A stretch of 64,000 bases of DNA from assembly GCA_000182565.2 (NCBI GenBank), contig KQ257463.1; one strand, written 5' to 3'. The notes below the pieces were generated by a model that worked only from the letters and a program-made list of their open reading frames with translations, ran no database searches and was not told where the DNA came from. Below are positions 35,100 through 48,731 of this stretch, in pieces (the stretch's first letter is position 1; each line of letters begins with the position of its first letter). The translations under genes and the position numbers were made by a program. This DNA comes from Spizellomyces punctatus DAOM BR117 (taxonomy: Eukaryota).

Positions 35100-38000
35100 T
35101 TATGATGAATGGTCAGACTCGGTTCCGCCGTACAAGGTCATTAAATCCTCTAATGATCCCTGATCATCATCGTCATCATCATCAAATTCATGCTGTTCTT
35201 GTTGGTCTTCGCGATCGTCGTGTTCAATGGCGATCTCATCTTCATAAATTTCAACACTAGGTCGTCGATCGTCCTAACCCAAAAAAAAATCCCCCAACAA
35301 AATAAGAAAAAAAAAAATCACGTACGATTTCTTGCATTTCCTTACCTCAACTTTTGGCATACTCGCCCCCCGTTTCGGAGCCAACGGAGCCCCCTCCTCA
35401 CCCTTTCCAATCTCGCCCTTTCCTACGTCACTCTTCTCACCCACATTCTTCCCAACCTCAACCTTATCATCCCTAACAAACTCCTTCCCAAACTCTGGGT
35501 TCATAATATCCGTAACAAAAACCCCATCATCCTTCAACGCCGTCAATTTCGCTCGTAATTGCTCTTGTTTCTGTTGTTGTTGTTGTAATAGTCTTTTTAC
35601 GACGGGGCTTAGGGCTGTTGGGGGTGTCGTGCTGGATTGGCGGGGTGGTGTCGAGGGGTGTGGTGGTGAAGAGGGTGTTGGTTGAGTAGTTTCCCGTACC
35701 GGTTTCTGCATAAACCAAACAATAAAAATAAATATGAATATTGAAATTAATAAAGAAATACGATAGGTGTTCCTTTACCATTTGCGAATCATCCATCGTA
35801 ACATTCCGAGGCGTCTTGGCATTCGAATCCCGTCTCAAAAACCCTTCAATGGAGGATACCCGCGACCCAATCTCATTCCATTCGACATGCAGTAAATCCA
35901 CTCCGGGAGGTACTTCCCCTCGATAAAATTCCCCATGAATCCGCTGGTACACCACTTGCACAAACGCATTCAAGTGTCCAATAAACTTTTGTCCTACCTA
36001 CACCATCTTCATTAAAACAAAACCCATACACCATATGATAAGATAGACATTACCTTATGCCACCCAATCCGTCGTAACAACCTCACACACGCCCTCCGTA
36101 ACTCCCACCTTGCATGAAATAACCCTACCGCAATGGGGAACACACCCCCCTGACTCTGCGGTAACAAACTCAACAGCTCAATCACCATATCATCATCACC
36201 ACCCGCTAATGCATCCTGTAATCCAAGAAACGTTCGTATCGCAATGGGTTCCATCATGGTTTGCGGGGATCGGAGGGCAGAAAGGAGGTATCGAACATCA
36301 AGAGATTTTATCGCTCGCCGGTGTAAATAGACTTGAAAATCCTATCAAAAACATGCATGAACAAATTGGATATCATTACCATGTAACAAAAACTATTTAC
36401 AACACACCTGCTGGCAATTTCGATAACTCTTTGATTGCCTCCATCCTTCAATCCGATTCCCCAACATGAACGTCTCCCGCTTTCGAAGTAGCGAGTCATT
36501 GAAAAAGGGGCCAAACCCCAATTCAGCATGCTCAACATGGTGTCCCAATACAGCAATACTTGACGTGCCAAATGTGTCAATTTCGTACGCGGCACACACG
36601 TCCACCGTCCGTCGGATATAGTCATGAAAACGCTGTCGAACGTGGAGTTCTCCTGTATGTGAAAGAACCGCCAATAACGCCTATCCAACAACAAAAATAA
36701 GCAAAAGGTCCAAAACAACCTTTCAAACCCACTACATTACCTCTTGAATAAACTCATTATCCCCTTCCCAAGACCCAGCACGCATCCAATCCCTGTCCTT
36801 CTCCCTCTCCTTCCCAGTAGAATCCCGCAACCCATTCGACGCACTACCCGTCAAAAGCGGACTAACAGTAATCTTTCCCGTATTGATATTGCACAACACG
36901 TCCCACCACGCTGGCTGCTCTTCAAAAACAGGGTTCGTCACACCAGCAATATATCCAGGCCTAATTTACACAAAAATGGGGTTAAAACAAAAACTCTTCA
37001 AAAACGTTACGGAAAAAGATTCAAAACTTACACGGCTAAAAGGTAGTCTAGACCAGCTAGACTCACATACGGAAAACACCGCTCCGCAAACCCCCTCAAA
37101 ATACTCCCACCCCCACCCGCAAGCGCACACGCCGCAAGCACATAATGAGCCACCTCCCCACTCGGTCGCTTATCCCCCAAAAACAAGACCCGCTTCTCAC
37201 TCAAGAGTGCGTTCATGAGTACAATGATCGGATGTGTCTGGGGACCGCTGTCGAGATGGGGATGCCAGTGGAATGGAGCGCCGTTTTTCCATTGAAGGGA
37301 GGGTGGAGGTGTGTCTTTTGAGGGGCCGGGTGGGGGGTTGATGGCAGATGCTTGCCCAAACGAACTGAGAAACTTTGAGACGCTAAACTGTGGCCCAAAG
37401 TTTAGATATAAAACCAAATGCAAAAATCTAGGGGCTTCTTACATCGCCAATTTCTTCTGAATACGCCGTGAGTGGTATTCGTATTGGAACCTATGTTTAC
37501 GAAAAAAACCCATTTAGAATCGTTTCTAAATATATCATAAACCGTTTTACCATACCTTAATTCCACCATATGCGACTTTGGTCTCAAAGTAATGGCGGTC
37601 CTTATTACTCGGTTTTGTCTGTGTCCCAGCTCTAACAAGAACAGGCTGCCCATCCTGCGGTACCGCACTCTCCCTCCCCTGTCGCGCAGACGCAAAACTG
37701 GCCGTCGTATCCACACTACCACTTCGAATTAATCTATCCACTCCAGGCGAGTTTGGCATACCATCTACCGCATCCTGAAACTTTTCCTCAAATAAACTTC
37801 GGTCCTCTGAAGCACGTAGAATCTTTTTTTCAAGAGTCGATAATCGGGGCATGAGTGACACGTCCATTGCGTTTATCGATTTGTACAGTTCGGTCACGAC
37901 GTCGATAGAGGGAGTTGTGAAATATTTGTCCAATGCTAAAAGTAGTAGTGGCTATCGTCCCCAGAGGTATTTGCATTTCAATATTCAAAAAGTATCACCA

Positions 38001-39334
38001 CGAAACATGACCGTATTACACACCTTGAACGCATGCACCGACTAACACAAGACATGAGACAAAAGACATGAGAGTTTGACTATCGGCTGAAAATGCGCAA
38101 CTCTTAAAGGAGGAAACATACATTGTGTCGTGACGCAATCGCCATGGCTTTGACTCTCGCACCACGTCTCACACCACTGATATGCTTGGTCCGCACTAAA
38201 TTAAGGACATATAATAGAGGTTTCCGGTTTTGTTCCTGTGGAGGCGGCGGAGGGAGCTCTACCACACACGGTATGAGCCATGATATATAAACAAAAATAT
38301 TTAAACACATGTCTCACATACCTGTCGTGTTTTCTACCGCACCATCCAACACCCGATCAATGGCATCGAGAAAATAAATCTCATCATCTTCCGAACAAAA
38401 CCGTATAGCTAAATTTTGACCATTATGAGTCTCAGATGATCATATAAGGTTCTGAATAGCGACATGTGTGCACAAAAACACATACCCCACGTTTGACCCC
38501 GCACAAACAAATATGAGCACAACGGTCCATTTCGACGATACTCCACTTCTGAAAGGTTACTATTCTCAAATGAATTTCGGTACAGAGATCCAATCAGCAT
38601 TTTTCGCTCAACTGTCATACTCGCATAGCGCTACTCGCAATAGAGCGTACGCGCACCTCAATAAGAAACGTACAATTCTGTTACGACTTGCGTGCATCGG
38701 TCATCCCAAATCGTACATTTTTCAGCTAGTTGTAGTTGGATGGTAGGTTCCGGCCCTATTGTGCTCCATCCTAACAACAACATGATAAGACTCGGGACAT
38801 TGCGAGCATCGTACTTGGGAGATCATACCGCGATTTGCATCGTATTGGTACGCAGAAGCAGGTAAAAGGGAATGCCGTCTTGAGAAATGTCCAAAAAAAA
38901 TGACATATCAGTTCCCAACATACGGATGCTTCAAAACTCTATAACCTCTTTTGCATACATGTGATCTGGTATGTTAGACGTCAACGTCTCTGACCCGCTC
39001 TCCTGTATACCCACACATGATTAATACATTCATATTCCGCATATTGTGTCCTCACATATATCCCCACCTGACCCATAATAGGTTGATTCAAGAAGAACAT
39101 TGTCCAGTCCTCTTCCCGGAGGTGCGCCCCATCCGGCAGCATAAGGTCTGCCAACATGCTACAAATTAATGAATATTACGACTTGCCCTTATAGTTCTGT
39201 TCAGGGTGTACAGCTTACTGAACATCTGTCCCCGTTTCCAGAGGATATTGGTAGGACAGCGACGACCCCTTGTCGATATCAAACTCGGCAACGAGGACGT
39301 GATCAACATGTGCAAAGAGGGATGAAACGTCCAT
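35100..39334 (-). CDS. AFI1: Afi1/MesA family polarity protein (DENN-related, SPA domain), many exons
   Basis: [94 protein letters not shown]. Confidence 0.88.
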
Positions 39335-39910
39335 TGTTGTCCGTGAAGTGTCTCAATGGCTATTTTACAGACTTTTGGAAACGAACGGGATGGTAGAGGA
39401 TATCAGACACGGTATAAATGGCCCTTGAAATACAAGAATCTCTGCCATTTGTTTTGGAACACTAAAGCGACCGCCCAGCTGAGTGTTGGGTATCGCGCAT
39501 GTTGGGTCATCAAATCATGGGCTGTTACTAGGATCGGTCGCTAAGAGCATCTTTCATAAATATAACTTCGGCTCGACGATACACAACGGTTTTATCTGAT
39601 TTGCAAGCACAAGAATGGGCGTATTTGGCAAGTGACATTTCATACCATGTGAAATCATTGCAATGGAAAACACTTTCAGCACCCCGCAAAAAATATAATT
39701 TCTGTTCGGTGGGGTGAGCGCAAACGGGGTCGTCATTAAAAACCAGCCCCCCCTTCGTAGAAGCCTCGCTCTACGTCTTATGAACTGGTTCCTATAAGCC
39801 TTGCTATACGTGTTATGAACTGGCGGGGAAATTGGACATTTGTTACCCGACTCAATATTGTGTCTTGCGACTTCATTTCCAATATTTCTTGCCAGCGGTC
39901 CTCCATTACT

Positions 39911-41050
39911 ATGAAAGTTAACATTTTCAAGCGTCGCAAATCGCAAAACACCGCTCCGCAAATTCCCTCAGAATACTCCCATCCTGCTCCGCCTCCAGTT
40001 CCTCCTCCGTCGCCCCCACTTCCTCCCATGAATGCCAACAATAGCACCATTATTGATTGTTTACAAGCACCGACGTGGTCCACGCCGGCAGCAACCAAGG
40101 CTTTGCAGCGCGAGGTTTGTTATTTCATGCTTTCATGACGTTCACTGACAAAAGAGGATCCGTACGCACTTAACCATCTTTTCTTTGAAGCTACGTCGCA
40201 TTCACAAAACTCAATGTGAGACACCTGAAGCCGAGCGTGGCTGGAGTGTTGACATGGACGCACTGACGAACCTTTACCAGTAAAGTATATGAGGACTAGG
40301 CCTGAAACCCCAAAGCCCGTTGCAAAACTCACATTCTGAGATCCCATTTTTTACAAAAGATGGAAGGCACTATTATTCCATTTTGATGAGAGTTTGCCTC
40401 TCCAGCAGGACTTGAAGGTTAGTGATCCAAACCAATTTCCGCACCATCAGAAATAATCACAGAACGAATTTTCCTTTGAATATACAAAGGCAAAGAAAGT
40501 TACGGAAGGAATTGTTTTGGATGTCAGGTTTGGCCCTGATTATCCTCAGTCGCCGTAAGTTTTCAGCTACCTTAACCAGTAACATTCCCCGATGAGTTAC
40601 TAAAAGCTCTTATAGACCTTACATTAGAGTCGTAAAACCGAGGTTGTTACAGGTAGGGTTGCGCAAACAAGAATGCAAATTCCTTTCTCACCAGACCTGA
40701 GATTCATGTATTCTAGTTTGCGAATGGAGGCGGAGGCCATGTTACCGGTATCATACTAAAAAGTTTTTCCTCGCATGTCATTTTCATTCCTAATTCCTTT
40801 AGCCGGAGGTTCCATCTGCATGGAACTCCTAACAACCACAGGCTGGAACCCCAAAATGACAATGGAGAGTGTGCTTTTGTCAGTCAAACTGGCCATCTCC
40901 TCTGTGGATCCACAACCAGCGCGATTGGATTCTGGAACACGGTGGAAGAAAGGATATTCAGCAGGAGAGGCCATGCAATCCTACGTCCGCGTAGCAAATC
41001 AACATGGTTGGGGAGTCCCCGGGACGTGGTATGGGTTGTTCAACAGTTGA
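39911..41050 (+). CDS. UBE2Q-like ubiquitin-conjugating enzyme
   Basis: Spliced: ATKALQREL, NLYQW, RFGPDYPQSPPYIRVVKPR, GGGHVTAGGSICMELLT (catalytic Cys), YSAGEA. Six introns. Confidence 0.9.
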
Positions 41051-42153
41051 AAAAATGATGGGTCGAATTTGGGATCTTGCGTATTGCCAACAAAGGCATT
41101 AATAGCAAAACATCAACTGGAATAAGAATATCTTGCAGGTCATTTGAATAGCAGTACGTCCTAGAACTGGGGCCATTTTTCGAGGTCTTTGAGGTTTACT
41201 TAGTCACCAAATGGTTGATCAGCATTAGTTATGTCAGGGGCACCTGCAATGCGATTCTCCGCAAGGTGCAAGAGGAGCAAGGGCGTGTAACCTTTGCTGA
41301 CCATTTTATTCAGGTTGCGAATGCGCGGAATCTCTAAACAGTCAATGGTGGGGCAATTCATAAATCACAAGTTTAGGAAGAGTCACAACGGGAAACGGGA
41401 TTGTGAGTCCATACCATTCCCAGATATTATATCTAAGCAGTAGTCGCAATCACGGATTGTAAAGATTTATTTGTATTGTAGAAATTTGAGTTGTTTTCAT
41501 CATAATTAGACCTGTTCTTTGTGGTAAAAGTAGTCTCCACGTATTGAACACACATGGGTGTTTGGTAGAGGAAAAGGGGGCAGACTAATACCAGCCAAAT
41601 TCAATCATATCGCCATTTGTGCGATCCAAAAGGAACATGACCCAAAAAACACTGTAGATTTTATGACTAGTGTGGCATTTGCGGTCCGGGGTTCTTTGTA
41701 GAGAAATAGAGGCTTTATTTCACTCACCCGCCAGGTTTGATAGGCAAAACGGGGCACCTCAAGCATGGCTTCTTGTTTGCAGGGTGTGCAGTCTCTCAAT
41801 ACTGTCACTGTTTCGGATAGCCACAATGCTAGATGAAATTCCTACAGCAACTCCAAAATCAGTTAGTAAATCTTCAAGATTGTTTGTTCCTGGGGCGCTA
41901 CTTTGAACGATAGGCGTGGAAGAACCTTCCGCTACTTGTTTGCGGCGTTGCTGAGTGTAAAAGACGCGTTGGAATTACGAACATTGAACAGCCAAATAGT
42001 TAGAAGCAAGCGCTTTATTATGATGTGCGTGCCACCTCTCTATTACGCTCGGAAATGGCACCCGTAGGACTTGTGTGCAGTATAAAACATGGACAGGTTG
42101 TCCACCCCCCCTCCTGAAATACCCACCTCAAGATTATCTTTGAACTCGCCAAA

Positions 42154-42777
42154 ATGGTCCGAATTGCTAACAACGTCGTCGCTACCCAGCTTCGCGGCCA
42201 GGCTCAGGATGCTGCAGCTAACAACGGCGTCAAGAATGCACATGTACAGAAGCAGAATTTGCCCCAGTTGCCCAATGAACATGCGAGGCAACAGAACCAG
42301 CAACCTCGTCCACAGGTAAAATCAAAGTCATCCTGAACTGGATAATGTAATTAACTGTAGTGGTGTATGCAGAGTGCTGGCCAAAGGAATAATGCGCCGA
42401 GGCCCAACTCCCAATCGCATGTGACAGGAAACAACAATGCTCAAGTCATTACCACCGCCCAGAAAGAGCGGGTTGAAAACCAGCGCCAACAGCGTGTCCG
42501 CCGTCCCGTGAGCGCGGGAGCCAATGCCCAGCACACTCAGCGCAAACGCCCACGATCTTCTTCATTCGACGTTAACCGAGACGAAGTCCGTAACGACGAC
42601 CAGGAGGTCCATGGCAAGGACTTTGATCTCCACGCAGAGCGCATCAGTAGCGCGAACCAAAAGCGTCAGGACAGAAAGCAGCAGCGTCGTGATAGACAGC
42701 AAATAAAGCAAGCCGGAGATGTCAAAGATCATAGGCGTGAGGTGAAGGGAACTAGAGGAGGCCTTCGCGGACGCTAA
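42154..42777 (+). CDS. Hypothetical low-complexity N/Q/R-rich protein
   Basis: Two ORFs of similar composition are joined in frame by a GT-AG intron starting at 42316. Confidence 0.6.
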
Positions 42778-43209
42778 GGAATATTGCGACTACCATAAAA
42801 AGGCCGTACTCGACACCGCCGATAAACAACACCAAAAATTAGGAGACCATGAGATGGAAATACGTCCTAGTGGACACCAACGAGTATTGCCTCTACCCAT
42901 ATAAAAAAACGCTATAGAGATGATATCATTGCTAAATATCTACCAGTAAAAATGCTTGTTTAATACCAATAAAGTGTCCTATCCCGTATGGATTTTTTGT
43001 GGTTCCATTTCGTCGGACTTGATTATGGCATCATACATTGCCATAATCACATGACCTGTTGAAAGGGGACATCCCTGGCAGTTCTTTTGACAAGCGCCAG
43101 CAACTGTAGTTTCCATTCTTTTCCAGAATCACTCCAAGATCGCGGTCGGTCACTATCTGTCATCCTCAAGAACGTCTAGCAAGAGCACAACAAGGGCCGT
43201 TGAACCGCA

Positions 43210-43909
43210 ATGCCGAACGCAATCTGCCAAGCAAGGCTGGCGGAGGAACGCAAACAATGGAGAAAAGATCACCGTGAGTGTCACATTTATGCTCGGACGA
43301 TATATTCTACCTCTTTGCAGGACGCACCGTCCATCGATCAACTCTAAATATGTCATTCCTTTCTTTAGCGTTTGGATTTTGGGCGCGCCCTGAAAAGAAT
43401 GCCGATAATACGTTGAATTTGAACAAGTGGTCCGTGGGAATTCCAGGTAAGGTCTAGTGACAATAAGCAGGTTCTGGCTGGAAGGGTGCTAGGCGAGCTA
43501 CATGGAGAGGGATTCCCTGATATCTGTATATCTGCAGTTCTTAAATCTGATACCGTATCTTGTTGCAGGGAAACCTGAGACACCATGGGCTGGAGGGACG
43601 TACCCACTCACAATGACATTCCCCGATGATTACCCCCAGAAACCCCCCAAGCTTCAGTTTCCTCCAAAGTTTTTCCATCCCAACATTTACCCTTCTGGCA
43701 CAGTATGTCTTTCGATTTTGGATGAAGAAAAGGACTGGAAGCCTTCGATTACAATAAAACAAATCTTGCTTGGCGTGCAAGACTTGCTTGATGATCCAAA
43801 CCTGGAGAGCCCAGCCCAACAGGACGCATATGTGATGTTGAAAAGGGACAAATCTGCGTATGTCAAGAGGGTTAGGGCGCAGGCGCGGGAGTACGCTTCT
43901 AGGGAGTAA
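43210..43909 (+). CDS. UBC9: SUMO-conjugating enzyme
   Basis: [47 protein letters not shown]. Introns 43274-43368 and 43447-43568. Confidence 0.97.
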
Positions 43910-44320
43910 CTTGGCAGGTTAGGTTAGGGTTAGGCACACTTTAAAGGCGGAGCTATCAGCTACAACGTTGAGAGTAGAGCGGAGGCAAAAATGCAAACGA
44001 TAATGTAAATATGTTTAGTGCAGTGCGCTGGATTGACAATGAGAAACCCCCACTATCGTATCAATCCCGCTTCTGATTTTCGAAGCAAACTAGGGAATGT
44101 ACTCTATTGTTATTGAATAACAGGGGGTTTTTTATAAGTATCCTTTGAGAATCGCTCCATGTATCACCACTTCCATTTTTACACATATCCAAGACAGTGT
44201 GAGAAAAAGAACGGTAAATCAGCGCACAACAATAGACGGCAAAAGAGCGAACTTCCAACGAACGAACTGAACCACATTGGTAATATCAAAGTTATAAGTG
44301 AAGTAGTTGATGCTGGCGGC

Positions 44321-45851
44321 CTACGATGATGCAGGCACGGATTCAACACTTATTTCTGGGTACCACTTCTTGCCAACCGTGGGGCGCGATCTACACAACC
44401 AGCATAAGCAAAAAACCATACAGGGAAGAGTTCAACAAATACTCACTTGATGCGACGATACAAATCTGCATCTCCTACAGTTTCTAACTTTGATGCTTCC
44501 TTCGACGTAGATTCAGTTGCTATATTCCAAATAGTAAGATCAGGATGAACAATATGCCCGAAACATACCGACTCACCTTTGCCGGTTCCTTTGAAAGCCC
44601 TAATGCCCGCCACGACCTTTCTAACGGCTTCAAATCCGCGCTTCCTCCTTTCTCTTCTCTGATCACGAACCCGTTTTGCTTCCTCGTTCATGTTCTCGGC
44701 CCCTTCAATACCCTTCAAAATATCGTCATACGGCAAGTTTGGTCGAAGCTGCATCGCGTATCGGATTGTCAACGCGTCGGGGGCGTCGGGTGGAGGCTGT
44801 AGTACCCGATGAGGTAAAGAAAGGACCGCATGATGGGTCGCAAAGGATAGAGCCGTGCCGGTTTGGACAAGAAGGGTGGACGGAAGCGGGGGAAGAGTCA
44901 GGGTTTGGCGTTTTTCCGAGAGCATCTGATACATGTCATGAGATCATCTCGCATTCTACGGGAATTACTTGACGGTTGGTATACTCAGCGTACCTCGACA
45001 CCTGGCACATCATTTGCAAACATAAGGAACGAGAGCCACGCATCGCGGTATGGGGCTTCACCGTATTGCTTCGGATCTTCACCGCGGAAGTACCTGGAAA
45101 ACTTTGTTTCAGAAGGTTAATCAACACGTTCTGCAAGTCACTCTCAATTTCATCCTGAGCTTCAACAATACCTTAATCCTTCCACCCAGCTTCGCTTCCT
45201 CATCAAAGTACCCATCAAAAGCTCCGGTTGGCACTCCAAGGGCTTCAAGAATCAATTCGTTGTACATAAATGCCAAGTCTGTCAAAAACTTGTTATATCC
45301 TTTGAGCATTCCCTTGAAGTTTGGAAGAGCGGCCTCCGAAGGATACTGATTGGGCGCGTAGCGAAGACGAGCATATAAGGGCGCGTTTGACGAAGCCTGT
45401 TTACCTAGACAGGAGGAGTCAGCATCATCAGATACCAAAGAGTCCACCAAGCTAACACACCATCCAAGTCAGGCCCAAACTCCCATGTCTCTCTACACTC
45501 TCCGTCAACGATCCCGCACCAACCAAGGAAGCCAGAACTATGATTTACGGAACATTTTCCTTTTTCGTCATCACCGATGTTAAAAAGTTCCTCTGCGGAC
45601 TTGGCCATCTGGTCCGTGAGCTCTTCCGGGATGCCTGTATTCGTAAGGTAAAAGCTACCGTGATAGAGAATGGCCATTCGCAGCCAATACAGGAACTCGG
45701 GCTTCGTTGCGGGAGAGAGTGACTTTGAGTGATCCAGGAGCAGAAGGGGAATAGGAGGAAGCGACGAATTGGGCTCCTCCGGGGGCGGGACTGAAGGAGG
45801 GGGTATCGTGTAGGGACTAGGCACATCAGTAGGGGAAATAGACGCCGACAT
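44321..45851 (-). CDS. 2OG-Fe(II) oxygenase-like protein (IPNS/DIOX_N family) with altered catalytic motifs
   Basis: PEFLYWLRMAILYHGSFYLTNTGIP, RETWEFG, PNQYP, RIKFSRY, LLVQTG, PHRV and a C-terminal KSRP.V..KWYP. Several introns. Confidence 0.85.
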
Positions 45852-45993
45852 TTTTAGTTTGATGAGCTTTGCTTGAGCGTGTACAAAACTGTTGCGTGGA
45901 TAGGAGCGCCGACCAAACCGCACGTCGACGCACGCGACCACGTAATACAATACACATGCATGAGAGCCAAAAACTTATTGTATACCATCGTGA

Positions 45994-46067
45994 TGCCTCC
46001 TCCGAGATTCGAACACGGGACCTTCTGCTTACTAGGCAGACGCTCTAACCAACTGAGCCAAGGAGGC
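45994..46067 (-). tRNA. tRNA-Thr(AGT)
   Basis: Reverse complement GCCTCCTTGGCTCAGTTGGTTAGAGCGTCTGCCTAGTAAGCAGAAGGTCCCGTGTTCGAATCTCGGAGGAGGCA. Cloverleaf, A and B boxes, anticodon AGT, one T-stem mismatch, T5 run about 20 nt downstream. Confidence 0.96.
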
Positions 46068-46232
46068 CATACTTCCCTCAACAGAACTATACAATAAGTG
46101 GATAAGATAGATGGAATCCGGCTGCAGTTGTCGGCTGGAATGGAAGGAACCAAACGGATGAGAACGAGTCTGCTTTCGATATTCTCCTCCAGCGAAAGTC
46201 TGAAGCTCATCTCGACGTCTTAGGTTTGTAAG

Positions 46233-48731
46233 ATGAGGATAGCTGTGGAAGGCTGCTGCCATGGGGAACTTGATCGTATATATGCATCGATCAAGCATTT
46301 ACAGCGGGTGGAGAACATAACCGTCGACCTCTTGTTGATCTGTGGTGACTTCCAGGTGCGTAGGACCTCCCACCTGTTGCGGGTTGGGCAGCATTTGGGA
46401 GACTTTTAGACGGCTGAAGGCCTGCCTTTGTGGCAACTTTCGTTGCTATTACCATAGTCAATTCGAAATTCCGCCGATCTTGGTGTGCTGGCTTGTCCTG
46501 ACAAATATCGGGCGGTGGGAACATTCTATCAATATTATACTGGTGAAAAGAAAGCGCCTGTTCCCACCATTTTCATTGGAGGCAACCATGAAGCCTCAAG
46601 TTATTTATGGGAGCTGTAAGTGAGCGTGCAGCGTCATGTATCCATCCTGGTTACGGTTCTGGGCAGCATCGTTAACTCGGAGGAGGAGGGCTTTGGTACT
46701 CCTGCCACTCCTGATACTGACATGCTTTCCTGTTGGTACAGGTTCCATGGCGGATGGGTGGCTCCAAACATTTACTTTCTTGGCTTTGCCGGGGTGATCA
46801 ACTTTGGCGGACTTCGCATATCAGGATTGTCTGGAATCTATAAAAAACATGATTACGATGCTGGTTAGATATCGAGTCTGCATGACTGACATGCGCCCAT
46901 GATTCTTGACTGACGTCGTTCAATGTATTAGGATACTATGAAACCCAACCTTTTAATGACGCACATTCACGGAGCGTCTATCATGTTCGCAAGTTCAATG
47001 TATATCGCCTAGCTCAGGTATTTGGGATACTAGCCTGATTATGAAGAGTCTCGGGCCATTAATACCCTTTTTCTAGATATCAAAGCCAATTGATATAATG
47101 CTTTCACATGACTGGCCGCGAGGAATTGCGTTTCACGGAAACACAAGGGCTCTTCTTCAAATGAAGCCATTTCTCGGTGGCGAGGTAAATATACCTTTCA
47201 CATTATGCTTGAGTACGGGAATGTGAATGGCCAATGTATGTTGCAGATAAATACAAATACCCTCGGAAGCTATCCCAACGAGTTCCTGTTGAAGAGGTTG
47301 CGCCCTTCGTACTGGTTTGCCGCGCATCTTCATGTCAAGTTTGCTGCCATATATCGACATGATGGTGGAGACGCTCCTCAAGCGCCAAGACCTGAGGAGT
47401 CATTGACAACGACTGCCATGGAAGATGTGGAAAATCCCGACGAGATCGACATTGCTAGCGATGTTGAAGATGACCCTCAAATGGCGGATGTGAAGGCGGC
47501 AGCAGAAGAACCAGCACCACTTGACGAGGCCAACGAAACCGAGAAAATTATTGAACCCCCGACGAATTTGGCTCATAATGAAGCAACAATACCCGACGTG
47601 GTCCCTTCAAATATCGTGGATTCGCCCACCCGGGAGACCGAGCCAGCTCAAAATCATTCCGACCCATCACATGCCCCCAGCGTCCCTGAGGACCCGTCCG
47701 GCTTTTATCCTCAAGAAAAGCCATCAACGGATATTAAGCAGCATGCAAGTTATACCAAGTTTCTGGCACTGGATAAATGCTTGCCTGGCCACGATTTTCT
47801 TCAGGTTGGTGGATGCACTTGCAAGGAGGGCTGGACTACATATACTCATATCTACTAGGTTGTCGACATCCCAGAAGCTAATGGGCCGATGGAGTTCACT
47901 TACGATGAAGAGTGGCTCGCAATCGTCCGTGCGACTCACGATCTGTTTAGTTTGTCGTCTGAACAAAAGAAAGTACCTGAGGATACCGAGATTGCCCGGT
48001 ACGTGACAATATGAAAAGCGAGGTCGAAGGTAGTTCGGAGGCTTTTCTGACACATTTATGATCATACACAGGCGAATAGCGGAAGAGTTGGAGTGGGTGC
48101 ACGAACACGTTACCGGAAAGGATGATGGTTTGCGGATCCCACAAAACTTTACCATGACCGCACCAGCGTATATTCCCAGTCAGCAAAGTTCTCGGAAAAA
48201 GACCAAGCCAGGTTTGATGGCTGTTTTGTTTAAACCTCTGATTGCGTTCGGGCGACTCACATTCCTTCTCTATTAGCACCCCCTTACCTCAACCCTCAAA
48301 CAGTCCGCTTCTGCGAACTATTGAACCTGCCGAATATGATTAACGCCGATGGTCTTCCACCCGGGGCCTCACAGGCCAGTGGCCCTACTGGAGACGAGGT
48401 CGCTGAGGTCTTGGAAGCTACAGGGGATTCATCGTTGACGCATGACTCGCTTGATGACGACGTAAGCCAGCAGCCAGAGTCGCTCCCCCATTTAGAAGAG
48501 CATGAAGACCGGGATGTGGACGGGGACGAAGAGGAAAATGATGACACTGAGATAGGTGCCGATTACATTTCACTTGAAGCAACCAACGGCATGACTGGTG
48601 TGGATTCACCTAAGACATATGAGGATGATGAACTGACCACTGAGACTTCAGCCGAACACCAGACTGTAGTGTCGATTATACGTGAGGAGCTGGATACCAT
48701 CTCTATAGAACGCATTAATGAGGAATCTTAA
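46233..48731 (+). CDS. DBR1: RNA lariat debranching enzyme
   Basis: [78 protein letters not shown]. Multi-exon. Confidence 0.96.

Noticed and set aside
38410..38716. Apparent C/D-like boxes (ATGA...CTGA) on the minus strand in Afi1
   Set aside because: No canonical C box and no recognisable rRNA guide; the region is better explained by small coding exons.
43917..43934. ggttaggttagggttagg, telomere-like repeat after UBC9
   Set aside because: Only one perfect TTAGGG among three imperfect units; too short to call an interstitial telomere.
44137..44146. GTATCCTTT, a U12-type donor-like motif
   Set aside because: Intergenic and not at any exon boundary I could trace; no minor intron supported.
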